Notes: a model not told the origin generated them from the sequence alone. A stretch of 64,000 nucleotides of DNA from Octopus vulgaris (GCA_951406725.2 OX597832.1:17670001-17734000), one strand, 5' to 3'. Positions 40,546 through 55,277 are shown, counted from the stretch's first letter. Made by a program: numbers and translations.

Positions 40546-40551
40546 TATTTT

Positions 40552-40735
40552 TAAGAGATGAGGAATTATGAACATTATTTACATTGGACGGATATTTCTC
40601 ATCTTGAATGTTATTAACACAACGTTTGTGCCGATATACTTCTGCTGATATACCCTCCAGTCTTAATCAGGTGTCTTGGGGAAATTTCGAACCTGGGTTC
40701 TCATTCCTAAGCTATTTTTCGATGTTATTATTATT
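40552..40735 (-). mobile_element. second family A copy, hammerhead damaged and tRNA head missing
   Basis: reverse complement of about 110-290; core reads CTGATTA and stem II has a small duplication. Confidence 0.8.
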
Positions 40736-40890
40736 AATTTTTTTCTTCTTCTTTCAAATTTGCATCCATTTCTTGCCGAGCGTTTTCCCGACTCCTAGGG
40801 CAAAGAAACTCATACTATATATTGGTAGGCCATTAAACCAAACTCAATAGTTCGTTCATTCTTTTTTCTTTATTATTATTATTATCATTA

Positions 40891-42424
40891 TTCAGTAGTT
40901 TTATTTTTATAGCGTGCTTTCACTTCACTACCGAGCGCAGCTCTGTGTGCCTTGGGTATGTGCTGTGATTTGTTGTGATGCTCTGATGGTTATTGTATGG
41001 AAAGTGTTCTGCGTAGGATGTGTGCAGTGCCTAGTAGTGCAATTTTCTGTATGTTATATGTGTTTGTAAGTCCTGGTGTTTTTGTTATGTATTTGTCTGA
41101 ATATTTTTTTATCATGCCTAATGCACCTACTATGATAGGAATTGTTTCTGTTTTCAGATTCCACATTCTAGTTACCTCTATTTCCAGCTCTTTGTATTTT
41201 GAGAGTTTCTCCATTTCTTTTAGAGACACGTTGTCATCTGCCGGTATTGATACATCAATTAGAAAGCATTTTTCTCTTAATGATCTCTGACAACTATATC
41301 TGGTCTGTTGGCCTTAATTTCTCTATCTGTGTGTATCGGCATATCCCAGAGTATGGTTGCTTTCTCGTTTTCTGTTACCTTTTCTGGTGTGTGCCTATAC
41401 CATCTTTTTTCTGTTGTTATTCCATAATGTTGACATAGCTTCCAATGTATGTAGGTTCCAACTCCGTCATGTCTGTGAATATATTCCTTCTTAGCCAGGA
41501 CTGGGCAGCTAGAGATAATATGATTTATTGTTTCTTGTCCATCTCCACATATTCTGCAGTTACTTGTAATATTTCTTTTCATTACATGTTTTTGGTTATT
41601 TCTGGTGGGGAGGCTTTGGTCTTGTGCTGCAATTAAAAATCCCTCTGTTTCTGCTTTGAGTCCTGAGCTTCTCAACCATTGCTGGGATTTTTCTTTGTCT
41701 ATTTCTTTTGCGTTTAGTTTAGTGCAGTATTTACCATGAAGGGGCTTTTCTTGCCATCGTTTTATCATGGTTCGTTGCTGTTCTATTTTTAGTTTGGATT
41801 TCATTTGTTTTATAGCTTTTGTAGTTTCTTCATCTTCTTCTTCTTCTTCTTCATGTTTATTAGGTGGTATGATTTCTTGTTTGTATTTGTCAGCTTCCTT
41901 AAATACTGAGAACAGTTTTTTGTTTTGCTCGTGTTTTGCCGCTATCTGGATCAGTTTTCCTTCCTTCTGAAGTAGATATTTTTGCAGTCCTATGGTGGTT
42001 ATTTTATAGTAGTTTTCCAGCTGCATAAGGCCTCTACCACCTTCTATACGTTGTATATATAGTCTTTCTATGTCAGATTTTGGGTGATGCATCCTAGATC
42101 CTGTCATTATTTTTCTTGTTTTCCTATCTATTTTGGTCAGTTCATTTCGTGTCCAGTTAAGGATATTGTAGCTGTAACTTATAACTGGGACAGCTAAAGT
42201 GTTGATACCTATTATCTTGTTTTTAGCATTGAGCTCTGTGTTTAGTATTGATCTAACTCGTCTATAATATTCTTTTTTTATTTTCTCTTTCATTTGTGTG
42301 TTGTGTCTTATCTAGTTCATGGATTCCTAAGTATTTGTAAGTTTGGCTTTGGTCTAATTCTTTTATTTCATTGGTTTTATCTAGTGTGATGTTGTTACTC
42401 TTAACTAGTTTTCCTCTTTTCATG
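40891..42424 (-). mobile_element. 5'-truncated R4/Dong-like non-LTR retrotransposon ending in (TAA)n
   Basis: RT end YKYLG, GGRGL, CCHC knuckle CRICGDGQETINHIISSC, RHD, PD..D..K RLE motif, ~100-bp 3' UTR. Confidence 0.92.
40990..42424 (-). pseudogene. C-terminal part of an RT / zinc knuckle / restriction-like endonuclease polyprotein, two frameshifts
   Basis: ORFs 42262-42522 (part), 41277-42293 and 40990-41229 join into one protein. Confidence 0.9.
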
Positions 42425-42607
42425 CGCCGTTTATCTTGATATGAGATCACCATGCGTGTATTGATTAAAAACAATATAAAAATGACCGTTCCGAAATTAA
42501 AAAAATACTTGTTACAACACATAATTTCACATTATGGATGTTGAAAAACTAATACATAAGCGTCAATTACAGTGTGCGCGAGCGTGTATGCGTGAGTGTG
42601 TTTGTGC

Positions 42608-42655
<48 letters not shown>

Positions 42656-42658
<3 letters not shown>

Positions 42659-42769
42659 CCTGCTCGCTTAGCCAGCGGGGTGGCGTCATTCGAAGGCTAA
42701 AACAATGCAAATGCATTGTGACCAGCGATGTGTAACAACATCTGATGGTCTGGTCGGTCACGTGATCAC

Positions 42770-42773
<4 letters not shown>
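42656..42773. mobile_element. short unique-sequence insert within (TA)n, probable retroelement end
   Basis: sharp boundaries, (TA)n on both sides. Confidence 0.45.
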
Positions 42774-42817
<44 letters not shown>

Positions 42818-43858
42818 TATGAGCAATCACATCCGCATATTCTTTCATACTACATGTAGGCACTTTGTAACCAAAACCGAAGCGATAACAACCACAACAA
42901 CAACAATAATAATAATAATAATATGATGATGATGCTGCTGCTGATGATGATGATGATGACGACGACGACGACAATGACGACGATGATGATGATGATGAGG
43001 AGGAGGAGGAAACAGAAGCAAAAAAAAAAGAAAGCAACAAAAGGTGAAATTTTATTTCTTCATATTTTGGTTGTGTTCGTTTACGATTTATCTCATCGCA
43101 TTTATTGTTGATATTTGTTTTTCATTTATTTGTTGTCGTTTCGTTTTTCTATTGTAACAACATTTTCCTTTTCAAAAAAAAAAAAAAGAAAGAAAAATAA
43201 TAATAATTTTTTTTTTCTTTTAAATTAATTAAAACAACAACAACAAAACAACAACAACAACAGCAATAACAACAACTGCTACAATACAAAAGACACAGAA
43301 AGATGAAAGTCTAGGAGTCTCAATTGATTGTGTCTTGTGCAGTATGCAGTAAAACAGTGAAGATATTGGCATTATATTACGTTTCCGCCGGCGCCAGATA
43401 GTTGAGAGCATGGTGCTTTGCCTATTTGGATTGTCATGACATTTTTAGGGGGTAAAACCTCAGCTAATTTGTAATACACACAATAACCACTAATGATCCG
43501 CAAATACGAGAAGCCCCCCCCCCCTCCCGCCGAAATATGTGTCGGAGTTAGATTAATAGAGTTGATACCTGAGACGAAGTCACATATATAGAAATGCGAG
43601 CAGACACTCGTATAGTGTATTACACACCCACCCGCACGCACGTATGCACACACTCACACAGACAGACAGACAAACACAGACACAAATGTAGCAACCGTTA
43701 AAAGGGTACCCGATATAAAAAGGTGTATGCGTATATACGTATATCTGTAAAAGTGTTTGTTTCTGTTAGTGTACCCATACATAAATACGTATCTATCACT
43801 CTTTCTCTCCCCCCTCTCCCCTCTTCCCTGTCTCCCTCTCTCTCTATATATATATATC

Positions 43859-43902
<44 letters not shown>

Positions 43903-44376
43903 CATATATACAATACACACACATACACGCACACACATATACACATATATATACATATATATATATACATATGTACGCACACATAGAAACATGCGCGCAC
44001 ACACATATATATGAATACCTGTGTATGTATTCGTGAAAGCATTAATGTATATTGGGATATACACACACATGCATACATGTTTGTATGTGTGTGTGTGTGT
44101 GCGTATATATATATATATGTATATATATATGTATATATATATATGTATATGTATATATATATACACATATATATACATATATATATTTATATATGTACAC
44201 ACACACACACACACATATAGATATATATGTATATATATATATAGATATATATGTATATATATATATATATAGTTAAAGTTAATCCAAACATGAAAACAGA
44301 AAGAGAAAACACAGCACGAGGACGTGGAACAAGTATAGTGTTACTGGACGCTCAGGAAAGGAAAGAGAGAAGGAGG

Positions 44377-44411
44377 ATTTGACGTTTCGACCGGAGCTCT
44401 TTGTCAGAAAT
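44377..44411 (-). ncRNA. degenerate minimal hammerhead (family B element 44272-44475)
   Basis: ATTT CTGACAA A GAGC TCC GGTC GAAA CGTC AAAT. Confidence 0.6.
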
Positions 44412-44768
44412 ATAGAAAAAGGAAAGGTACAAGGAAGTGAAGACGGACGAAGAAAATTACCAACGATACACACAACCTTGTGGTTAGGCTGTTATATTCG
44501 TGATCGTGACTTCAATTTCTAGATAGGTGTAGCTTCTGTGCTATCACTTTGATTCGACAATTGAGCTGTAGCACACCCAATGCATCTGTCGAGGCAAGGC
44601 AAAGTCAATTTGATGGGTGGATGAATGGATGAATGGATGAATTGTGCTTATGTACGGCACATGCATTTGGTCACTATAAACACATCATTTGTGCAAGTCG
44701 CTTGGCAAGAGTCGTATATAGGTACATACAGAGAGATAGTCACATAGCGGGTGGGAGAAAGAATGACA

Positions 44769-44824
<56 letters not shown>

Positions 44825-45029
44825 TTGTAACTGACATATAAAATGAATAAGTCTTCATGAAATGAAATTAACTAGGATTAAAATAAATTCACTTAAGTAT
44901 TAATATGCATTCGTCTCTCTCTCTTTCACTTTCTCCATCTCCATCCCTCCATCTATCTATGTATGTATCTATCTATATATCTATCTATATATCTATCTAT
45001 CTATCTATCTACCTATCTATCTAGAATCG

Positions 45030-46085
45030 ATTAGGTATAAAGAGGCTCTAGCGATGTGTCGAAATAGAATTGAGGGAGACCTACTTAAGAAATTAAGAGG
45101 AACATAGAAGCGGCATCGCATCTAACGTGCTGGAAGCGAGGTTGCCACTCGACCAACACTTCAAGGCTAAACACGAAGGATGCGTTATCAGAGCTAGGAT
45201 GCGTACTCTGAGAAAAGAAATAATTGTATCCGCCCGAGAGTCGCGAGTGGGTTAAGCGCAACGAGGCAACAAATCTACCATTATGTCTCTGACAGATGAA
45301 CAGAGCCCGAAAGGACATGCGAGGCCTTTCAACAGCAATTTGCCCGACCGTTCGGGACAACTGGTGTATCAGAACGCAGAGTGAACTTTAGTGCCTGCCT
45401 GCGTACCGGCCACGTCTCTCGACAAGAGAAGCGGAGCGTTGTGAAAGACCCATTACAGCCGCGGACATAAGGGATGCGATGGCAGGCTGCGCAGGAGACA
45501 AACCGCCAGGCTTGGATGGACTGCCCTACGAGCTATATCGTCATATGCCAGTCTTATTTTGGAGGCGTCTTGTGAGCCAACGGATGGTGGCACTGCTAAA
45601 TAAAGATCCAAACAAGGGGAATGTCATAGATAACTTCAGGCCCATCACTCTGCACAACGCAGATTTGAAGATTTTGGCCAAGGTGCTAGCCGAATGGTTG
45701 GCGCTTGCCATCGAAAAACTGGTCGACAAGGCGCAAACATGAACCATACTGGTCAAGAGTATGCATGACAACCTCCATCTGATGCGCTACATCATAAACA
45801 GGGTAGTTAAGGACCTGGCATGGGTTGGGCGCTGACTAATTTGGATCAATCGAAAGCTTTCGATTGGGTCGACCATCGCTACTTGGAGGCTGTCCTTAGA
45901 GCGGCTGGGTGCAGTCCAGTCTTCCGCTGTTGGGTCGCTTCCTCATACATCGGCGTTTGCTCGGTAGTTCGCGTAAATGGTCATTTATCCAGACCATTTA
46001 AGATCATGCGTTCGGTCCGTCAATGTTGCCCCTCTTGTCGCTTCTGTACGTCTTGACTCTAGAGCCATTAGTACGAAACCTGGCG
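45030..46085 (+). pseudogene. L1/Tx1-like LINE reverse transcriptase fragment
   Basis: KPPGLDGLPYELY, NFRPITLHNADLKILAKVLA, LDQSKAFDWVDH, VRQCCP. Confidence 0.88.
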
Positions 46086-46308
46086 ATATGTGTGTATATG
46101 ATTGTGTGTTTGTGTTTGTCCCGCCAACATCGCTTGATAACCGATGCTGGGGTGTTTACATCCCTCGTAACTTAGCCTTTTGGCAAAAGCGACTGATAGT
46201 ATAAGTACTAGGCGTTACAAAGAATAAGTCCTGGCTTCGATTTGCTCGACTAAAGGCGTTGCTCCAGCATGGCCACAGTCAAATGACTGAAACAAGTAAA
46301 AGAGTAAA
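46086..46308 (+). mobile_element. 3' half of SINE family S2
   Basis: ends GCTCCAGCATGGCCACAGTCAAATGACTGAAACAAGTAAAAG. Confidence 0.85.
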
Positions 46309-46513
46309 ATTGTAACTTGTCTGAAACTCCATCCGTAATCCAACATTTTGTCTCTTGAAGTTTAGGCAGGTCATGCATTTTATATTAATTGAATATAAAT
46401 TGCTGGAGCAAAGAAAAACACGGTACTATGTCATGAACTAAAACTCGCACAGAGACTTGAAAACAATTTGCTTTCTGTCGAAAACGTCGCATACCGGACA
46501 CCAAACTGTTTTA

Positions 46514-46703
46514 CAGGAAGTAAGAGTGTGAGAAAGTTGTAGTGAAAAGTACAGCAGGGATCACCACCATCCCCTGCCGGAGCGTCGTGGAGCTTTTGGG
46601 TGTTTTCGCTCAATAAACACTCACAACGCCCGGTCTGGGAATCGAAACCGCGATCCTATGACCGCGAGTCCGCTGCCCTAACCACTGGGCCATTACGCCT
46701 CCA
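46514..46703 (-). mobile_element. 5' half of SINE family S3
   Basis: matches about 30500-30692. Confidence 0.88.
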
Positions 46704-47105
46704 CATAGGCAATATAATATTTAATTAAATAAAAAGAAGTGTTTTCATGATTTTATCAAATCCCTGCATATTAACTTTTCAAACATTAAATTTTTAGAGG
46801 AACGTAAGTCAGCCTAACAAATTTGACATGTCATGAGATTTTGCTACGAACATTAACCACATTTTATGCTAGAAAAGCAGAAACCCTGTGTCATCTGCAG
46901 TTATAAGATCTTATAGCTGACGAACGTTTGACACCAACAATGTAGGAATTTTGAAGTTACATTGTAATTTGATTAATAGTCTTGAATATAGGTTTCTGAG
47001 TGGAATTTTACTATATTCAGTCACCCATATATTCATTACTTATGCTAATGACTTTTATGCTGAAAATAACAATGTCCCTGGTAATAGAAAAATCAATCAT
47101 CGCCT

Positions 47106-47370
47106 CTTCTTCTTCTTCTTCTTCTTCTTCTTCTTCTTCTTCTTCTTCTTCTTCTTCTTCTTCTTCTTCTTCTTCTTCTTCTTCTTCTTCTTCTTCTTCT
47201 TCTTCTTCTTCTTCTTCTTCTTCTTCTTCTTCTTCTTCTTCTTCTTCTTCTTCTTCTTCTTCTCCTCCTCCTTCTTCTTCTTCTTCTTCTTCTTCTTCTT
47301 CTTCTTCTTCTTCTTCTTCTTCTTCTTCTTCTTCTTCTTCTTCTTCTTCTTCTTCTTCTTCTTCTTCTTT
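47106..47370. repeat. long (TTC)n microsatellite
   Basis: read directly. Confidence 0.95.
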
Positions 47371-47412
47371 CCACTGCTGTCAGCTTAGTATACTTTCTCT
47401 GAGAAAGTATAC

Positions 47413-47449
<37 letters not shown>

Positions 47450-47964
47450 GGTATGAGTGTGTATGTATATATGTATGTATTTATGTAGGTTTATGTGTGT
47501 GTGTGTGTGTGTGTTTGTATGCGTGTGTAGTACCCTAAAACGATCGATTCTACATTTGAAACTTCATAGTTTGAAACAAAGCAGTGTGTAGAAAAAAATG
47601 ATTTTCTCAGAGCTTGTATATAATTATATGCATTCCATATACGCATGTGTAAGCCCCCCCAAGAACACATTCATAGCGAAACGTCTGATTTCCTCTTTCA
47701 ATACGTCTTTATGTGTATTAGTGTTTCTGCATGTAAGGATGTTATATATGTGCATGTGTTTGATATATATAGAGAGAGGGCAGAATGAGCGAGAGAGGAG
47801 GAGTGTGAGAGAGAGGGGAGAGGGAAAAAGAGAGAGAGAACGAAAGCATGAAATACCAATAATCTTTTCTGCGTCCCCCTTTATATAAATGCATACATTC
47901 TTGCATCTCATACTCATATATGCATACTTACATATATATATGTATATATACTTATGTATATACA

Positions 47965-48281
<317 letters not shown>

Positions 48282-48589
48282 ATGTATGTATATATAAGTA
48301 TGTATATGTGTATTCTTAGAAAGAGTAGAGAGCGAATGAGAGCAAGAGAGGTGCGTGCACACGTATGTATATCCATCCATACAAATATAAGTGTATGTGT
48401 GTGCATATGTGTGTGTGTATGTGTGTGTGTGTGCGTGTTTGTGTGCATGTATATGTGTGAGACCACTGCGTTCTCAAGTATATTTCTCACAATATTTGTG
48501 TTTGCATGAGTATTCGTGGTTGTATATACATCCACAGGTATACATCTACTAACTGTCGCTTCTCACTTCCTTTCCCTCTCTCCCTCTCT

Positions 48590-48630
<41 letters not shown>

Positions 48631-48949
48631 CAAACATACGCACTTGTATGTAATTACATATGCGTGTGTTAGCGTGTGTACGTGTGTTACGTGTATGGAC
48701 GGGTGTATGTGTTTGTGTGCTGTATGGATTTAAACTTTAACAAAGAGACGGAACACAAAAGCCTCACACGGTAAACTTTGCTGCAATACTTACCCGACTC
48801 ACAATATCTGGAAAGAGCCGTGTTCGTATGAAAACGCGCGCTCGAAACCACGCCCTTCTCTTTTAAACTTTCTCAATCGAAATTTCTATTAATTCACTAA
48901 TAACAGTAAAAATACTAACAACAACAACAACAACGACAATAATAATGTT

Positions 48950-49320
<371 letters not shown>

Positions 49321-50559
49321 CAACGACAGCAATTGTAATAATGACTGAATATTTAAGGAAAATAATCGAAGATGTATGTGTTTATATGCACGCATATACA
49401 TATATGCATATGTGTACTCTTGTATATGTTGGCCTGTGTAGATATATATGTCTATATATGCATGATGTGTGTATGTGTTTGTATATGTGTATGTATGTCT
49501 TTGTATATGGCGCTATGCATACCCTAGCTGACCCTTTCGTTTGTGTAATATCGTCAAATAACGAAGATCGTGTTTTGTTGTTCTTCCTGTTGATGGCGTA
49601 GCTGTTCTTCTTATTAATGCTGCTGTAGCAGTACTTGTTATTATATCACATTCCTTTAAATTTTATATTCTTAAATAGCCCCACCCATATTTCCTTAATT
49701 CCCCAACATAGTCTCTGATTTCAAAGAAAATTCGAATCACAATTGTTAAAAATGTTGTATCTTTCAAAATTCCACTATTCCTCCCCGTTACGTTGTTATG
49801 TATGTAACAAATATTTCTGGGGGTTTCTGCGACATCGTAGCAAGTCAAGAGCAATGTATATAATAGACATTCCCCTAAATACTTCTAATGACTGTATTCC
49901 TTGTTTGGTCTTGGTTTCAATTCTCCGACTAATACAATCGAATTCTCTCATCACTTAACATCGGTTATGTTCAATGGATTGACATTTTTATGTAAGCGAA
50001 TTCTATATTAAATGCATTGTTGTTTAGTTCTCTTGAGCCATCAAATGTTATAGGTAGCCATTGGGAGACATTGGTGTATTGCATTGCCGGTTTCTGGATT
50101 TAATAATTTGCAAAGCACATCTAGCAAATGCAGCACATTTAAAGTGGAGTGGTTTGTAACCACATGAAATGTGTTGCATTGCTAACAGTCTCAACGCACC
50201 ATCAAATTGGTAAACTGAACGCATAAATATCATGATTGAGAGGCCAACGTGCAAAACAGTAGGTTATGCATCTCCGCCTCTGGGCCACGCAGATGATGCG
50301 CAGTGAACTTTGTTAGACAGAAAATGTTCAGTAGCTCTCATAGTTGATTTAATATTTTACAGTAATGATGGGGAGGGTAGCCTTGTGGTCAGGTTTGTTA
50401 GGTGCCTTTCATTTATTTGATGTCAATAAAATAGCTAACTATTCAGCATTGGGAGTCGATGGTCCAGGAATCAAAATCAGAGTTATGAATGCAGCAGCCG
50501 TAAACACTGAGCCACGCGCCTACACACACCTACACATTTATACATCCATAAAAGTGGTG

Positions 50560-51450
50560 CCTCAATCTGAAGACATCATAAAGGTTCTGGGTGAGGGCTC
50601 CAAAACAGATGTCATCTACATGGGCATCTGCATGTTGTCCATATGGTCGGACTAATTGTACAGTCGGATCTGTCATGTTACTGGCGGAAGAAAACAACAA
50701 CACGGAGGTAAAAGAGAATAGATTTGAAATATTCCACTTTGGTAAATAGCCTGCAGTAAAGCTACGATGCATTCTTCTCTCAAGCAAAAACCTCGGGACA
50801 TCATACACAGTAAGGGACCTCGGAGTATCTATCGGCAGCTTTGACTTGAGTGCTCACATAAACAATAATGTCAACATGGTCCGTAAGCCGTGCACCCAAT
50901 TCTTCAGGATCTTCGGTTTCGAAACACTTCCGCCTTCACCGTGAGTACTCTTGTCCGTTGTAGTATTCCTAGATGAAACAAAATATAAAAATTGAAGCAC
51001 TCAGAGATTAATCATAATGAAAATAGATGCCATAACAGGATTTGATTATTGGGATCATCTTGAGAATCTAAGACAATATCCATTCCAACGTTACAAACAG
51101 CACTTTATCATTTCCAAAGTGTGGAAAATTTCTCAAGAGCACTGACCAAATGATATTGGCACCAACCTTAAAATTCCCCCGAGGCTTGGTCCTCGTGCTG
51201 ACCGCCTTATACAAAAATCATATGCGTGTCATATACCTCACTAAGACAGAACTATTTCACCTCAACTGACCATGCTCTTTTGAAAATCACGACTCGACAT
51301 GATATATGAGAAAAAGATCTACTAACATTTAAAATGGATTTGCATGAATATCTCCAATACATTCCGGATAAGCCATCTACATCCAAATGTATCTCTGCAA
51401 ACAAAAATTCTATGCTCCAACGGGTTAACCTGCCGGAAGAAAAACCACTA
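50560..51450 (+). pseudogene. decayed CR1/L2-like LINE RT and C-terminus
   Basis: DIIKVLGEGSKTDVIYM, NRFEIFHFGK, VRDLGV, IEALQR...DYWDHLENL. Confidence 0.7.
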
Positions 51451-51618
51451 TAAAATTTATTTGCATTATTAAATGTCTTTTCCTGGTGATGATATTGATT
51501 TAGACATGGCCTGGGTCATTTTGGCTTCAAACGTAGCTAAATGTACGTGAATGTGTGAGTGTGTTTGCGTATGTGTGTATGTATGAACGTATGTCTCTCT
51601 CTCTCTCACTCACTCACA

Positions 51619-51676
<58 letters not shown>

Positions 51677-51735
51677 ATACAACGCGACGACGTGGAGCAA
51701 GTATAGTATTATTGGACGCTCAGGAAAGAAGGAGT

Positions 51736-51770
51736 GTTTAACGTTTCGAGCGGAGCTCATCGTCAGAAAC
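51736..51770 (-). ncRNA. intact minimal type I hammerhead (family B element 51677-51826)
   Basis: GTTT CTGACGA T GAGC TCC GCTC GAAA CGTT AAAC: full core and perfect stems I and II. Confidence 0.85.
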
Positions 51771-52657
51771 ATAGGAAAAGGAAAGATCCAAAGAAGGGAA
51801 GACGGAGGAAAAAAAATCCCCAACGATTATATATATATTATATATATTATATATATACACAGATATAATATATTATTTTTATTCCGATGAATATAACCTC
51901 ACCTACTGAAAAGTACAAATTTAGAAATAGCAGTTAAATACTCTTCTACTACCATAACATATCTCCCATACAGCAATACTCCCATCTTCGGTATGTGCTG
52001 AAGCAATTTTATTGATCCCTAATTATAATTATGCTCATAATTATAGAATTTTTGTATCTATCTATATATGTATATATACATGTGTATGTTTGTATGTCTG
52101 TAAACATGTGTACATTTTTTTATGTATGTATGTGTGTGTGTGTGTTTGTGTGTTGAGGAATTTTCAGTTGTATTTCATCGACGTTGTGTATCCCGGAAAA
52201 TTTTAGTAACATAAATAAATAAATATATATATATTAAATTACTCGAGGTTATGAAAATAATTAGATAAAGAAATAAATGAAAGTATTAAAATAGCAAGAA
52301 GAAATGAACAAAAAAGTGTTATAGGGGTATCAGCCACCGTTATTATTTTATTTGAGATTTTTAGAAAATTTATATAGGGGCAATGGTGATAATTATTTAT
52401 AGATGAGATTATAGGAGGGGTACAAAGAGACAGATGCACACATACTCATCATGGGTTACTCGAGGGGAAACGATGCGTGATGAACGAATAATTTATTTGT
52501 GATGCGGCATCTATGGGTCGGTAAAGTAGATATAAAACACGAAAAAAGAAAAAGGTACACGAGGGCATATGGTAGTGGTGGTAGTGGTGGTAGTGGTGGT
52601 AGTGGTGGTTGTGGCTTCAGTGGTGCTGCTTTTGTGTCTGCTGTTATTACTAAAAAA

Positions 52658-53110
52658 TCTTTTCTACTATAGGCACAAGGCCTGAAATTTTGGGGCAGGA
52701 GGCCAGTAGATTAGATCGCAACTAGTACTTAATTGATCGACCACAAAAGAATGAAAGGTAAATTCGACGTCGGCGGAATTTGAACTCAGAACGTAAAGAC
52801 AGACGAAATACCTGTTTCTTTACAACCCAGAAGGGGCTAAACAAAGAGAGGACAAACAAGGGCAGAAAAACGGATTAAGTCGATTACATCGGCCCCCAGA
52901 GCATAACTGGTACTTATTTAATTGACCCCGAAAGGATGTAAGACAAAGTCGACCTCGGCCGATTTTGAACTCAGAACGTAACTGCAGACGAAATACAGCT
53001 AAACATTTCGCCTGGCGTTCTGAGTTCAAATTCCGCCGAGATCGGCTTTGCCTTTCATCCTTTCAGGGTCGATAAATTAAGTACCAGTTACGCACGGGGA
53101 TCGATGTAAG
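52658..53110. mobile_element. S1 SINE with duplicated body on minus, fused to an inverted S1 piece
   Basis: orientation flips at ~53017. Confidence 0.85.
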
Positions 53111-53619
53111 CAACATATACATTCACTGACCGAAACTATGGAGAGTCGAATCGAAATAATCTAACTCCGATTATTTCATAAGGATTTAGTTTCCAAATTT
53201 GGGGCTCATTTACGAGCAAATCGAGCACAGAAAACAATGGCTAAAATGTAAAATGAACGAAATGATGTTACGTTTAAAACTATGATCAGGCAACTATTAC
53301 GCAAATATCTGAATATAACGATAATTAGCCATATCTGTATACATAAACACGCTCCCGCTTTCACAAGCACTCACGCTGTCACACAGTTGAAGTATATCAG
53401 TTAATAATTGGTGCGGCAGAAAGTTTTAACCTAACCTTTCCTTATCGACAGCCTGTAATAACGGTTTTAAATTTTGACATAACACTAGCAGTTTCGGGGA
53501 AAAGGATAGTTGATTACGTCGACCCTAACTTGTTCAACTGGTACATATCTTATCGACTCCGTAAAAGTGAAAGGCTACGCCGACCTCAGCGGAAAATTGA
53601 TAGCCTATAATATTAATAA

Positions 53620-54008
53620 TCTATTATATAAAAACCGTTCTGTCTGTCTGTGTGTGTGTCTTCTAGGGACTCGGGCATCCTCCATCCGATTGCGCTCAAA
53701 TTTGATATGTAGATACCGACGATGTCAGGGCGTGTATAAGTCTTGAAAAAATTACAAAAATCGATTCCAGGTGAGAATGCGATCGATAAAGCCGTGGAAA
53801 CGTGCATTTGTACGCGCAAGTACATCAGCTGTTGCGATCGAAACAACGCGTACGCGAGAAAAATGCACGGTGCCTCAAATTCAGGTTAAATTAGTGTTTC
53901 TCAAGGGGGAGGCTTATGGGACGGTCGGACAAGTTCTTTTGAGAAAATCGGGTTTAAATGTTTGACAACTCAGCACCGTCCATTGGACGGGGTGGGGTGT
54001 ATTGCTCG
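53620..54008 (+). mobile_element. non-autonomous Helitron
   Basis: 5' TCTATTATATAAAA + GTCT tract; subterminal hairpin CCGTCC-ATT-GGACGG; end CTCG then T. Confidence 0.65.
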
Positions 54009-54489
54009 TATATCACAATGTGAATATCATAGACTTTCCTGAGAGATCGTGGATGACTGGAAATGTTATTTCTTTCATATGGACATACTTTTGAGTGTTT
54101 GTGTGCGCGGTACATGTGAATAAATCGAAATGAAGGATGATTTATGGACGTCGAGCACTTAATAAATTACCCTGTAACTATTTCATTATATCAAATCTCT
54201 TTGGCTTAAAGTAATTCAAAGCCAGAATCAGCGTGATGTAGTGTTTGGTGTACCTGTAGATTTGTAACACTGGCACAAACAACCAACGTACTTCCACACG
54301 GTACCCGCGATAATAAGTATACTAAGATGGTGGATGGGGTTGACGGAATTATGGTGAAAGACACTTGTCCAAAATAAAATTGAGTGAGATTGAAACCGGT
54401 ATGTCTAGATTGCAAAACGTACTTATAAACCACACATATATATTCGTTACAGCAGTTATATAAAATTCTAAATGTATAACAATGCACGG

Positions 54490-54688
54490 CAATAGGTAGA
54501 AGGCCTTAAATCATGTGGGATGGCGGTAATCGATTACATTGACACGAGGACTCCATTGGTTCTGATATTATCGATACTAAGTGGTAAAATTAAATTCGGC
54601 ATCACTGGAAGTTGAACTCAGAAAGTATAACCGAAAGTATGTGGCGTGAAGATTTTGTGCAGTTTGCTAACAAATTCTGCCAGCGCAC
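54490..54688 (-). mobile_element. degenerate SINE family S1
   Basis: TCGATTACAT, TTGAACTCAGAA and TTCTGCCAGC blocks. Confidence 0.6.
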
Positions 54689-54882
54689 TACTTTGGTATA
54701 GATGTTATACTGCGTGCAATCATGTCTGTCTACATAGTAATATACACACATACATATATGTATGCATATACAATCATGTATGCATATATACATATAAAGA
54801 CGCATACATATTCATGTTATATACAGTCACGATCCACAACCACAGACATATCCATACATAAACACATAGACACACACGCGTG

Positions 54883-54937
<55 letters not shown>

Positions 54938-55244
54938 GTAAATTCATGAACACTCGCACACACACAAAAGCACATGCACGCATGCACAGGCGTACACACG
55001 TGCATTAGTCGCATACATATACAACCACATACTTAGATATATAAACACAGATATATATATATATATATGTACATACATGTATGTATATATGCATATGTCT
55101 TATTTATTATTTTGTTATTATACATATATATACACGCAAGCACGACAAAGTTACTAACACATACATACATACAAACAAACCAAAATACACACATACGCAG
55201 AATCATCTGATACATGCATACATATATACATACATATGCGTGTA

Positions 55245-55277
<33 letters not shown>

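Noticed and set aside
41277-42293. 338-aa ORF as a host gene
   Set aside because: It is a frameshifted, 5'-truncated retrotransposon fragment.
50048-50254. PIF1/Helitron helicase fragment
   Set aside because: Resemblance is too faint to support.
51880-51940. CCGATGA...GAAATAGCAGTT as a hammerhead
   Set aside because: Stems II and III do not pair convincingly; possibly a very decayed copy, so not called.
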